NCBI GenBank assembly: GCA_005791575.1
Contig: SXWA01000142.1
Span: forward strand, 1 to 63,413
Source: Planctomycetaceae bacterium
Lineage (GTDB): Bacteria; Planctomycetota; Planctomycetia; Pirellulales; UBA1268
Reading direction: 5' to 3'
Length of the DNA stretch: 63,413 nucleotides
Part shown: piece after piece, positions 36,517-45,709 of the stretch
Layout: every line of letters starts with the position of its first letter
Numbering within the stretch: position 1 is the first letter of the stretch
Notes under the pieces: model-generated
What the model saw: only the letters and a program-made list of their open reading frames with translations
Told to the model about the DNA's origin: nothing
Databases searched by the model: none
Translations under genes and position numbers: made by a program

Positions 36517-37353
36517 ATGCGAAACGACGGTGCTTCCGGTGAGCGGCGACCGCGCCGCGCCGCGGTCAGTCTTGCCGCGGTCCATCTTGCCGCGGCGGGC
36601 GTCATCGCCGGCATCGCGCCCGCGACCGCCGCGGAAGTGGCACCGATCGTGGATGGCACCGTCCGGCAGGTCGTGCTCGTCGTGACACCCTCGTGGGAGG
36701 CGACGACAGGGAGGCTCGCCTGGTGCGATCGCGGCGTCGATGGTGGCTGGCGTCGGGTCGCTGACCCGGTGGCGATCACCGTCGGCCGGGCCGGATGCGG
36801 CTGGGGCATCGGCCTGCATCCAGCCGCCATTCCCGGGCCCGGCAAAAGCGAGGGGGATGGGCGCTCGCCGGCAGGGGTGTTCGCGATCGGCACCGCGTTC
36901 GGCGCCGCCCCGTCGCTCGACACGGGCCTCCCCTACCGGCCGCTCGATGCCGACGACTGGTGCATCGACGTGGCCCGGTCACCGCTCTACAACCGGATCG
37001 TGAGCAGCCGCGACGTGGGCAACGCGGCGGTCACGGGCAGCATGGAGCCGATGCGGCGCGACCTGCCCCCGACCGCCGATGGCCAATACGCCGTGGGCTT
37101 CGCCATCGGCCACAATCCGCGCGGTCTGGCGGGCATGGGGAGTTGCATCTTCGCCCACATCGTCGCCGGCCCCGGTGTGCCGACCTCGGGATGCACCGGC
37201 TTGGCCGATGACGACCTGCGCCGGCTGCTGCGCTGGCTGCGCGGGGAGGCCCGCCCCCTGTTCGTGCTGCTGCCGGAATCGGAGCTCGGCCGACTCACCG
37301 GCTGGGGGCTGCCGATGGCGGACGATCTGATCACGGAGCCCGCATCGCGATGA
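36517..37353 (+). CDS. secreted L,D-transpeptidase-fold (YkuD-like) protein
   Basis: Signal-like N-terminus. The block SCIFAHIVAGPGVPTSGCTGL gives the His ... Gly-Cys catalytic arrangement. Confidence 0.6.
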   Translation: MRNDGASGERRPRRAAVSLAAVHLAAAGVIAGIAPATAAEVAPIVDGTVRQVVLVVTPSWEATTGRLAWCDRGVDGGWRRVADPVAITVGRAGCGWGIGLHPAAIPGPGKSEGDGRSPAGVFAIGTAFGAAPSLDTGLPYRPLDADDWCIDVARSPLYNRIVSSRDVGNAAVTGSMEPMRRDLPPTADGQYAVGFAIGHNPRGLAGMGSCIFAHIVAGPGVPTSGCTGLADDDLRRLLRWLRGEARPLFVLLPESELGRLTGWGLPMADDLITEPASR

Positions 37354-38600
37354 AGGCCGCCGCGCTCGTCCTACTCGGGCTGCTGGCCGGCGCCACCGCC
37401 GGGCTGCTGCTTCCCAGCCTGCCCCCCGCGTGGGCCGATGCGGCCGTGGCCGCCGCCCGACCGCTCGGCCGGGCTTGGCTCTCGGGCCTGCAGATGACCG
37501 TGCTGCCGCTGGTGGCCGCGATGCTCGTCGTCGGAGTCAACGAGGCCAGCGCCGCCGCCAGTGGACGCATCGCCCGCCGGGCGCTGGCGTGGATGGTGGG
37601 GTTGGCACTCCTCGCGGCGGCGATCGGCGCGGTGCTGGCGCCGGCGCTGCTGCAGCTCGTGCCGCCCGATCCCCGGCTCGTCGAATCGCTCCGCAGCCAG
37701 GCCCCGCCCGACCCGGTGGCCGGCGATCCGCTCGACGGGGTCGCGGGCCTCGTGCCGAGCAATCCGTTCGCCGCCCTGGCGTCGGGCCGCGTGGTGCCGG
37801 TCGTGGTCTTCATGCTCTGCTTCGCGGCGGCGCTCACGCAGCTGCCCGCGGCGCGGCGGGAGCCGATCCTGGCGGTGGCGCGCGGCGTGGCCGAGGCGAT
37901 GCTCGTGATCGTGCGCTGGCTGCTGCGCCTCGCCCCACTCGGAGTTGCCGCCGTCATCCTCCCGGTGACCGTCGCGGCCGGCGCGGCGGCGCTCGGGGCG
38001 CTGGGGATGTACCTCGTGGTGCTCCTCGCGGTGTACGGCGTGATCGGCGTGGTGGTCTACCTCGTGGCCTGGGGTGGCGGTCTGTCGCCGGGCCGCTTCG
38101 CCGCGGCGATCCTCCCCGCGCAGGCGGTCGCCGCCGGCACGCAGAGCTCGCTGGCGACGCTGCCGGCGATGATCGACTGCGCGGAGAAGCGGCTCGGGGT
38201 CACGCCGGCGGTGACCGGGCTCGTCCTCCCGCTGGCGGTGTCGTTGTTCCGGATCACGAGCCCCGCGCAGTATCTCACCATGGCGAGTTTCATCGCCTGG
38301 GCCGAGGGGATCGTGCTCCCCCCCGGGGCGGTCGCGGTGGCGGTCGTCCTCGCGGTGATCATCAGCCTCGGCGCGGTCGGTCTGCCCGGCCAGGCGAGCC
38401 TGCTGAGCACGTCGCTGCCGCTGGTGCAGTCGCTCGGGCTGCCGCTCGAGCCGCTCGGGTTGCTCCTCGCGGTGGACTTCGTTCCCGACATCGCCGCCAC
38501 GGCCTGCAATGTCACGGCCGATCTGGCGGTGACCGGGCGGGTCGCGGCGGCCGAGGCTCGGGTCCGACCGCCGGCGGGGCCTCAGGGCACGTCGGGATAG
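37350..38600 (+). CDS. dicarboxylate/amino acid:cation symporter (DAACS family)
   Basis: ATGA overlap with the upstream stop. Polytopic protein with SSLATLP and GLPGQASLL hairpin-loop-like blocks. Confidence 0.8.
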   Translation: MKAAALVLLGLLAGATAGLLLPSLPPAWADAAVAAARPLGRAWLSGLQMTVLPLVAAMLVVGVNEASAAASGRIARRALAWMVGLALLAAAIGAVLAPALLQLVPPDPRLVESLRSQAPPDPVAGDPLDGVAGLVPSNPFAALASGRVVPVVVFMLCFAAALTQLPAARREPILAVARGVAEAMLVIVRWLLRLAPLGVAAVILPVTVAAGAAALGALGMYLVVLLAVYGVIGVVVYLVAWGGGLSPGRFAAAILPAQAVAAGTQSSLATLPAMIDCAEKRLGVTPAVTGLVLPLAVSLFRITSPAQYLTMASFIAWAEGIVLPPGAVAVAVVLAVIISLGAVGLPGQASLLSTSLPLVQSLGLPLEPLGLLLAVDFVPDIAATACNVTADLAVTGRVAAAEARVRPPAGPQGTSG

Positions 38601-39823
38601 AGGAGCCACGGGCGCCGTTCCTCGCGCCACGCCTCCTCCTCCGCCAGCGTGACGGCATCGAGATCGGCAGCCGTCGCTTCGGGGTCGTCCACCCATTGGC
38701 GCAGGCGCGGTCCACCGCAGATCACGTCGATCGCCTTTCGCTCGAACTCATATTCGTAGGCGAAGTCGCGCCACAACGGTTCGTCGGGGCGGAGCCGGCG
38801 GAATGCCTTGAGCGCCGCGGCCAACAGGCGCCAGGGGCGGAAGCGGGCCGGATCGTGCCCGACATCGTCGACGTGGATCTGCACCCCCCCGCAAAGCAGT
38901 CCGGCGTGCTTGTGGAAGGTGGGCTCGAACCAGCACGGCCGCAGCCGGCACCCCGGTAGCCACTGCGGCGCCAGCGATTCGATCGTGGCCAGCCAGTCGG
39001 CACCGTCGATGCCGGGAAACCCCCACTGCTCCAGCGGCCGTGTCGTGCCGCGCCCCTCCGAGAGCCAGGTGCCCTCGAGGAGCACCGTGCCGGGATAAAC
39101 TCGCGGCATCCACGGGCTGGCGGCATTGGGGCTCGGGTTCACCCAGGTGCGCTCTCCGAGCGGCCACCCCCACCCCGGCGCCGAGCCGGGCTGCCAGCCG
39201 ACGAGCGGCACGACCGACCACGCCACGTCGAGGCCCAACCGCGCCACGAACCAGCCGGCCATCTCGCCGAGCGTCAGGCCGTGGCGCATCGGCAGCGGTC
39301 CGGCGCCGACGAAACTCTCCTCCCCCGGCTCCAGGCGCAGCCCTTCGACGGGGCGCCCGGCGGGATTGGGGCGGTCGAGCACCCACACCTCACGGTCGGT
39401 CGCGGCCGCGGCCTCGAGAACGAAGCGCAGCGTGGTGAGGAACGTGTAGACACGGCAGCCGACGTCCTGGAGATCGACGAGCAGCAGATCGCAGTCGGCG
39501 AGCATCGCCGCCGTCGGGCGCCGCACCCGGCCGTAGAGGCTGTGCACCGGGATCCCCAGCCGCGGATCGCGGAAGTCGTCCGACTCCTGCATGTTGTCCT
39601 GCTTCTCGCCGCGCAGGCCGTGCTGCGGGCCGAGCGCCGCGACCACGTCGACGCCCGCGGCCGCCAGCGCGTCGAGCGTGTGGGCACAGCACGCCGTGAC
39701 GCTCGCCGGATGCGCGACCACCGCCACGCGCCGACCGGTGAGCCGGCCGAGAAGGTCACAGTCGGAAAGGAGTCGATCGATGCCGAAATCCATCAACTCC
39801 CCCCGTGCGGCAGGCATCGTCAC
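38582..39823 (-). CDS. namZ: DUF1343 protein (NamZ-like exo-beta-N-acetylmuramidase), cytoplasmic paralog
   Basis: GIDRLL, PQHGLRGE, VDLQDVGCRVYTF, LDRPNP and WVNPSPN blocks. No signal peptide. Alternative start at 39793. Confidence 0.8.
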   Translation of the reverse strand: MTMPAARGELMDFGIDRLLSDCDLLGRLTGRRVAVVAHPASVTACCAHTLDALAAAGVDVVAALGPQHGLRGEKQDNMQESDDFRDPRLGIPVHSLYGRVRRPTAAMLADCDLLLVDLQDVGCRVYTFLTTLRFVLEAAAATDREVWVLDRPNPAGRPVEGLRLEPGEESFVGAGPLPMRHGLTLGEMAGWFVARLGLDVAWSVVPLVGWQPGSAPGWGWPLGERTWVNPSPNAASPWMPRVYPGTVLLEGTWLSEGRGTTRPLEQWGFPGIDGADWLATIESLAPQWLPGCRLRPCWFEPTFHKHAGLLCGGVQIHVDDVGHDPARFRPWRLLAAALKAFRRLRPDEPLWRDFAYEYEFERKAIDVICGGPRLRQWVDDPEATAADLDAVTLAEEEAWREERRPWLLYPDVP

Positions 39824-39844
39824 TTCGGCCGTTCAGCGGGCCGT

Positions 39845-41683
39845 TCAGCGGGCGGCGCGGCGGGCGGCGGCGATCCGCGCTCCCTCCGCCGCCGGATCGG
39901 TGACCATCATCATCGCCACGGGCGCCTCGCCGTCACGCGCCAGTCGTGTGGTCACCGCTTCGGCAAGTCCTGTCGTGCCCGTGAGCAGCCCCCCTGCCAC
40001 CCGCAGCGTCCACCCACCCGCCCCGGCCGGGCGCCGCCGCACCACGGCCAGCACCATCCGCGCCAGGTCGTCGGCAGCCGCATCGATCAGTGCCGTCGCC
40101 ACGCCATCGCCCTCGTCGGCCGCGGCGATGACGTCCGCGGCGAACGCCGCGATCCGCTCGCGGCCCATCTCGGGCCGTTGGATGACGGTCACCAGATCCT
40201 CCGGACGGGCCACGCCGAACCGGACCAGGGCGCGGGAGGCGAGGGTGGTCGCCGGCCCGCGCCCATCGGCCGCCGCCGCCACCGCCGCCAGCGCCGCGCG
40301 GGCGATCGACCAGCCGCTCCCCTCGTCGCCGATCACCGCCCCCCAGCCACCGGCCCGGTCGAGTCGGCCAGCGGCCGCGTGGGCCAGCGCGAGCGAACCG
40401 GTTCCGGCGATCAGGGCGACCGCGGCCCCGGGCGGGCCGTCGCCCAGCACGAGTTCGCCATCGGTGACGACGACAAGGTCGGCGGCGATGTCGGCGAGCA
40501 AGGCGGCGACCGCTGCGGCATCGACCTGCCGTCCCGCCCCCGCCAGCCCCAGGCAGGCCGTCGCCACCGGCTGCGGACTGCGTCCGGCGGCGGTGAAGGC
40601 AGCGGCGACGGCATCCCTGATCCCGGCGGCAGCCGCCGGTGCGCCGACCGCACGCGGATTGGCCGGACCGCCCGTGCCGCGCCCGAGGATCGTCACGCCC
40701 CCCGCCTCCAGCCGGGCGAGCACCGCACGGCAGCCGCTGCCGCCACCATCCACCCCGATCACGAGGTCGCCGGCGGTGGGCGCCGGTCCGACGGCAGGCT
40801 CGGCGATCGCGCCGCGCAACTGGCCGTCGGCCACGGTGAGGAGCTGCCGCGCCTCGTCCGTCGAGACACCGCGCCGTGCGGCCACAATCGCCGTCTTCAG
40901 TTCGCCACCGTGACGGAGCAGCAGATCGGTGGCGGCGGCCTCGTCGAGCCCGGTGAGCCGGGCCGCAATGCGCCGGCTGCGGTCGAGGAGCTTGGAGTTG
41001 GTGGCCCGCAGGTCGACCATCAGATTACCGTACGTCTTGCCGAGACGGATCATCGCTCCGGTGGAGAGCATGTTGAGCACGAGCTTGGTGGCGGTGCCGG
41101 CCTTGAGGCGTGTCGATCCGGCGATCACCTCCGGCCCGACCAGCGGCACGATCGCCAGGTCGACCGCCGCGGCGAGCGGCGATTCGGGGCTGCACGCCAG
41201 TCCGACCGTGAACCCACCGCGCCCCCGGGCATGGGCCACCCCGCCGAGCACGTAGGGGGTGCGTCCGCTGGTGGCGATCCCGACGAGCACGTCGGCGGCA
41301 CCGAAACCGATCCCCTCGAGGTCGGCGACGGCGAGCTCGGGCCGGTCCTCGGCCCCTTCGATGGCGCGTGTCAGGGCCGACGGTCCACCGGCGATCAGGC
41401 CGATCACCATCCCGGGCGGCGTGCTGAAGGTCGGCGGGCACTCGCTCGCATCGAGCACGCCGAGGCGTCCCGACGTGCCGGCCCCGAGGTAGACCAGCCG
41501 GCCACCGCGACGGAGCCGTTCGGCGATGACGTCGATCGCCTGCGCGATCGCCTCCCCTTCGCTGGCGACGGCGGCGGCGATCAGCGCGTCCTCGGCGGCC
41601 ATCGCGCGGACGATGCCCCGGGAGTCGAGCGAGTCGATCGCGGCGGTGGCGGGGTTGACCGCCTCGGTGGCGAGTGGGCGCAT
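39845..41683 (-). CDS. murQ: MurNAc-6-P etherase (MurQ) fused to BadF/BcrA-type sugar kinase domain
   Basis: ORF 39845..41872 trimmed to the ATG at 41683. The N-terminal half has [34 protein letters not shown] and [12 protein letters not shown]. The C-terminal half has [12 protein letters not shown] ... AGTGS ... GDEGSG. Confidence 0.85.
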   Translation of the reverse strand: MRPLATEAVNPATAAIDSLDSRGIVRAMAAEDALIAAAVASEGEAIAQAIDVIAERLRRGGRLVYLGAGTSGRLGVLDASECPPTFSTPPGMVIGLIAGGPSALTRAIEGAEDRPELAVADLEGIGFGAADVLVGIATSGRTPYVLGGVAHARGRGGFTVGLACSPESPLAAAVDLAIVPLVGPEVIAGSTRLKAGTATKLVLNMLSTGAMIRLGKTYGNLMVDLRATNSKLLDRSRRIAARLTGLDEAAATDLLLRHGGELKTAIVAARRGVSTDEARQLLTVADGQLRGAIAEPAVGPAPTAGDLVIGVDGGGSGCRAVLARLEAGGVTILGRGTGGPANPRAVGAPAAAAGIRDAVAAAFTAAGRSPQPVATACLGLAGAGRQVDAAAVAALLADIAADLVVVTDGELVLGDGPPGAAVALIAGTGSLALAHAAAGRLDRAGGWGAVIGDEGSGWSIARAALAAVAAAADGRGPATTLASRALVRFGVARPEDLVTVIQRPEMGRERIAAFAADVIAAADEGDGVATALIDAAADDLARMVLAVVRRRPAGAGGWTLRVAGGLLTGTTGLAEAVTTRLARDGEAPVAMMMVTDPAAEGARIAAARRAAR

Positions 41684-41817
41684 GCGGTCTCGCGGGCTGG
41701 CGTGCCGCCGGGGGATGATCACGGCGGAGAGCGGCACACTATACTCCTGCCGCCGGCGGGGGTCGCCCGCGGTCATGCCCGACGCTGGGGCCCGCGGCGA
41801 ACGCCGTGGAGAAACGC

Positions 41818-43305
41818 ATGAACGCGGTGCTCGGTCCGGTCGACATCGTCGTGCTCGTCGCCTTCCTGGCATCGGCGGTGGCGATCGGCCTGTTCGCCGG
41901 CGGCCGGACCAGGACCCTCGACGCCTACCTCCTCGGCGACCGCGACCTCCCCTGGTGGGCGATCCTCGGCTCGATCGTCGCCACCGAGACCAGTGCCGCG
42001 ACGGTGCTGAGCGTGCCCGGCGAGAGCTTTGGAGCGGCCGGGATGCGCTTCCTGCAGCTCCCGCTGGGCTACATGGTCGGCCGGCTGGCGATCGTGCGCT
42101 TTCTCCTGCCGCTCTATTTCCGCGGCGACCTCAACACCGCCCACGAGGTGCTCCGCGACCGCTTCGGCCCGCTGATCCAGCGCGCCGCCGCCACCCTGTT
42201 CCTCGTGGCACGCAATCTCGGCGACGGCCTCCGGCTGTTTCTCGCGGCCCTGGTCTTCCAGAAGCTCAGTGGCCTGCCCCTGGCCTGGAGCGTGGGGGTG
42301 ATGGGCGCCGTCACGATCCTCTACACGGTCCTCGGAGGCCTGCGGAGCGTGGTCTGGAACGACTGCCTCCAGTTGGTGATCTACCTGATCGGCGGGATCG
42401 TGGCGGTGTTCGTCATCGTCGCGCGGATCCCCGGCGGATGGCCCGCCGCGTGGGAGTTCGCCGCCGCCGGTGAGAAACTCCGCGTCTTCGACTTCTCCTT
42501 CGACCTCGCCAATCCCTACACGTTCTGGGCCGGCCTCGTCGGCGGTGCCGTGCTCAGCCTCGGCACCCACGGCACCGACCACATGATGGTGCAGCGCTAC
42601 CTGAGCGCCCGCGGCGAGCGCGAGGCGGCGCGGGCGCTGCTCACCAGCGGCGTGGTCGTGTTTCTCCAGTTCGCCTTGTTCCTCGGCATCGGGGTGCTCC
42701 TCGCCGCCTTCCACTCACTCGGCGGTGAGGCGGCCCCGAGCAGGCCCGACGAGGTGTTCGCCACGTTCATCATCCGCCACTTCCCGGCGAACACAGGGCT
42801 CATCGGCCTGCTCCTCGCGGCGATCCTCGCGGCGGCGATGTCGACGATCGCCAGCTCGCTCAACGCCTCGGCGTCGTCGATGATCCACGACCTCTGGTTG
42901 CCGCTCCGCGCGGCGTCGGGCCGCCGCGCCCCGCTGGCGCCCGGCGCGGCGCTGACGCTCACCCGCTGGCTGACCCTGGGCTTCGGTGTGGTGCAGATCG
43001 CCGTGGGCATCGCCGCCGCCGGTTTCGCTGCCACCGTGGTCAGCCGTGCCCTGACGATCGCCGGCTATTCCGCCGGACTCCTCCTCGGGGTCTTCGTGCT
43101 CGGTGCGGCGACGCGCCGGGTCGGCCAGGAGGCGGCCCTCGTCGGCGGCACCGCCGGCCTCGCGGCGCTGCTGACGGTGCAGTTCGTGCTGCCCGGGGCC
43201 GGCGTCAGGATCGCCTGGCCATGGTACGCGCTCATTGGCGCGGGTGTGACGATCGCGGTCGGCTGGTTGGCGGCGACGGTAGTCCCCCGGAGGACGACGG
43301 CATGA
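41818..43305 (+). CDS. sodium:solute symporter family transporter
   Basis: GGAGA 6 nt upstream of the ATG at 41818 (the ORF opens at GTG 41806). About 13 TM segments and an SSF-like [10 protein letters not shown] block. Confidence 0.8.
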   Translation: MNAVLGPVDIVVLVAFLASAVAIGLFAGGRTRTLDAYLLGDRDLPWWAILGSIVATETSAATVLSVPGESFGAAGMRFLQLPLGYMVGRLAIVRFLLPLYFRGDLNTAHEVLRDRFGPLIQRAAATLFLVARNLGDGLRLFLAALVFQKLSGLPLAWSVGVMGAVTILYTVLGGLRSVVWNDCLQLVIYLIGGIVAVFVIVARIPGGWPAAWEFAAAGEKLRVFDFSFDLANPYTFWAGLVGGAVLSLGTHGTDHMMVQRYLSARGEREAARALLTSGVVVFLQFALFLGIGVLLAAFHSLGGEAAPSRPDEVFATFIIRHFPANTGLIGLLLAAILAAAMSTIASSLNASASSMIHDLWLPLRAASGRRAPLAPGAALTLTRWLTLGFGVVQIAVGIAAAGFAATVVSRALTIAGYSAGLLLGVFVLGAATRRVGQEAALVGGTAGLAALLTVQFVLPGAGVRIAWPWYALIGAGVTIAVGWLAATVVPRRTTA

Positions 43306-45689
43306 CACGACGGCAGGTGATGGCGACGACCGGCGCGGTGCTCATGGCGGCGGTCCTCTGGGGCGTTGCCGGGATGACCGGCGCCTGCGCACAGGCTCTG
43401 CCGGTCGTGCCTCCCGGCGACATCGGGCTGATGGCGGAACGGTTGGCGACGATCAAGCCGCTCGTCGAGGCCGAGATCGCCGCCGGGAATCTGCCCGGCT
43501 GCGTGGTCTGCGTCGGCCGCGGCAGCCGGATCGGCTGGCTCGAGGCGATCGGCGACCGGCAGGTGGGCCCCGACGCAGAGCCGATGACGGTCGACACGAT
43601 CTTCGACCTCGCCTCGCTCACCAAACCGGTCGCCACCGCCACCGCCATCATGCAATTGGTCGAGGAGGGCAAACTGCGCCTCTCCGACACCGTGGCCAGC
43701 CTCTTCCCGGCGTTCGCCGCCAAGGGCAAGGAGAAGATCACCGTCCGCGATCTGCTCGTCCACACCAGCGGCCTGATCGCCGACAACGCCCTGGCCGACT
43801 ACGCCGACGGCCCGGAGAAGGCGATCGAGCGGATCATGGATCTCGAGCCGCTCGCGCCTCCCGGCGAACGGTTCATCTATTCCGACGTCAATTTCATCCT
43901 CCTCGGCGAACTGGTGGCGAAGCTCTCCGGCCGGCCACTCGCGGAGCAGGTGCGCGAGCGGATCTGCCGGCCGCTGGGGATGGCCGACACCGGCTTCCTT
44001 CCCGCCGCTGAACTCCGCCCGCGGATCGCGCCCACCGAGCCGCGCGACGGCGCGCCGCTCAGGGGGGCCGTCCACGATCCCCGCGCCTGGAAGCTCGGCG
44101 GCGCCGCCGGCCATGCCGGCCTCTTCGGCACTGCCCCCGATCTGGCTGTCTATGCCTCCGCGCTCCTCGCCGCCGGCCACGGCAGTGCGGTCGCCGGCAG
44201 TGCGGTCGCCGGCAGTGCGGTCGCCGGCAGTGCGGCTCCGATCCTCGGTCCACGGGCGGTCGCCGAGATGACCCGCCCGTGGCGCGTGCCGGGTGGAGGA
44301 ATGCGCGGTCTCGGCTGGGACAAGCGGAGCGGCTTCTCCTCCAACCGCAGCGACCTCTACACCGACACCGCCTTCGGCCATGGCGGATTCACCGGCACGA
44401 GCCTCTGGATCGACCCCCGCCTCGATCTGTTCGTGATCTTCCTCTCGAGCCGGCTCCACCCCGATGGCAAGGGGCTGGTGAATCCGCTCGCCGCGCGGAT
44501 CGGTTCGGTGGCGGTGGCCGCGATCGGCACGCCCACCACGGTGGCCGAGCCGGCACGGCAGGTGCTCACGGGGATCGATGTCCTGGTGCGTGACGGATTC
44601 CGCCAGCTCGCCGGCCGGCGCGTCGGCCTGATCACCAACCACACCGGCCGGACACACGACGGCCGGACCACGCCGGCGGCGCTCGGCGAGGCGAAGGGGC
44701 TCGAGTTGGTGGCGCTGTTCAGCCCCGAGCACGGTTTCGCCGGCGCCCTCGACCAGTCGGACGTGCCCGACGCGAAGGATCCGGCGACCGGGCTGCCGGT
44801 GCGGAGCCTCTACGGCAAGACGCGCCGCCCCACGGCGGAGATGCTCGCCGACCTCGACACGCTCGTCTACGACATCCAGGACATCGGCTGCCGCTTCTAC
44901 ACCTATGTCTCGACGAGGGGGGAGGCAATGAAGGCGGCCGCCGAGCAGGGGAAGCGGTTCGTCGTCCTCGACCGGCCCAACCCGATCAACGGCATCGACG
45001 TGGCGGGCCCGATGCTCGATCCGGGCAGCGAGTCGTTCGTCGGTTGGCACACGCTCCCGCTGCGCCACGGCATGACCGTCGGCGAACTGGCGCGGCTGTT
45101 CAACGAGGAACTGAAGCTCGGCCTCGATCTGGTGGTCGTGCCGTGCGAGGGCTGGAGGCGCGCCGATGCCTGGGAGGCGACGGGGCTCGAATGGGTCAAC
45201 CCCTCGCCCAACATGCGCAGCCTCACCGAGGCCTTCCTCTATCCGGGCATCGGCCTGCTCGAGACGACCAACGTGTCGGTGGGGCGTGGCACCGACACCC
45301 CCTTCGAGGTGATCGGCAGCCCGTGGATCGACGGTCCGGTCCTTGCCGCGGCGCTCGCCGCCCGCGGTCTGCCGGGGGTGGCCTTCGTGCCGCTCACCTT
45401 CACCCCCGACGCGAGTACGTTCAAGAACGAGCGCTGCGGCGGGGTGAACGTCCTCATCACCGACCGCGCCGCCTTCGATCCGGTGCGCACCGGCCTCGAG
45501 ATCGCGGCTGCCCTGCGCCGCCTCCACCCCGAGGCGTGGAAGGTGGACGGCTACGGCCGTCTGCTGGCGAGCAAAGCCGTGCTCGACGCGATCCGCACCG
45601 GTGGCGATCCCCAGGGCGTGATCGACCTCTCGGCCGCCGGCCTGCGCGAGTTCCACGCCCGGCGCACCCCGCACCTGCTCTACGACTGA
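43302..45689 (+). CDS. exported beta-lactamase-fold (AmiE/AmpH-like) domain fused to DUF1343/NamZ domain
   Basis: The ATG at 43302 overlaps the symporter stop (ATGA). Tat-like [25 protein letters not shown] and YSDVN motifs in the N-terminal half. The C-terminal half parallels the 38582..39823 protein (GIDVL, PEHGF, YDIQDIGCRFYTY, LDRPNP, WVNPSPN). Confidence 0.8.
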   Translation: MTRRQVMATTGAVLMAAVLWGVAGMTGACAQALPVVPPGDIGLMAERLATIKPLVEAEIAAGNLPGCVVCVGRGSRIGWLEAIGDRQVGPDAEPMTVDTIFDLASLTKPVATATAIMQLVEEGKLRLSDTVASLFPAFAAKGKEKITVRDLLVHTSGLIADNALADYADGPEKAIERIMDLEPLAPPGERFIYSDVNFILLGELVAKLSGRPLAEQVRERICRPLGMADTGFLPAAELRPRIAPTEPRDGAPLRGAVHDPRAWKLGGAAGHAGLFGTAPDLAVYASALLAAGHGSAVAGSAVAGSAVAGSAAPILGPRAVAEMTRPWRVPGGGMRGLGWDKRSGFSSNRSDLYTDTAFGHGGFTGTSLWIDPRLDLFVIFLSSRLHPDGKGLVNPLAARIGSVAVAAIGTPTTVAEPARQVLTGIDVLVRDGFRQLAGRRVGLITNHTGRTHDGRTTPAALGEAKGLELVALFSPEHGFAGALDQSDVPDAKDPATGLPVRSLYGKTRRPTAEMLADLDTLVYDIQDIGCRFYTYVSTRGEAMKAAAEQGKRFVVLDRPNPINGIDVAGPMLDPGSESFVGWHTLPLRHGMTVGELARLFNEELKLGLDLVVVPCEGWRRADAWEATGLEWVNPSPNMRSLTEAFLYPGIGLLETTNVSVGRGTDTPFEVIGSPWIDGPVLAAALAARGLPGVAFVPLTFTPDASTFKNERCGGVNVLITDRAAFDPVRTGLEIAAALRRLHPEAWKVDGYGRLLASKAVLDAIRTGGDPQGVIDLSAAGLREFHARRTPHLLYD
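44181..44236. repeat. 15-bp in-frame tandem repeat x3.7 (ggcagtgcggtcgcc; GSAVA)n
   Basis: Read directly. Lies inside the beta-lactamase-fold domain. Confidence 0.9.
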
Positions 45690-45709
45690 GCCGACCGGAG
45701 CGTGCGCCG

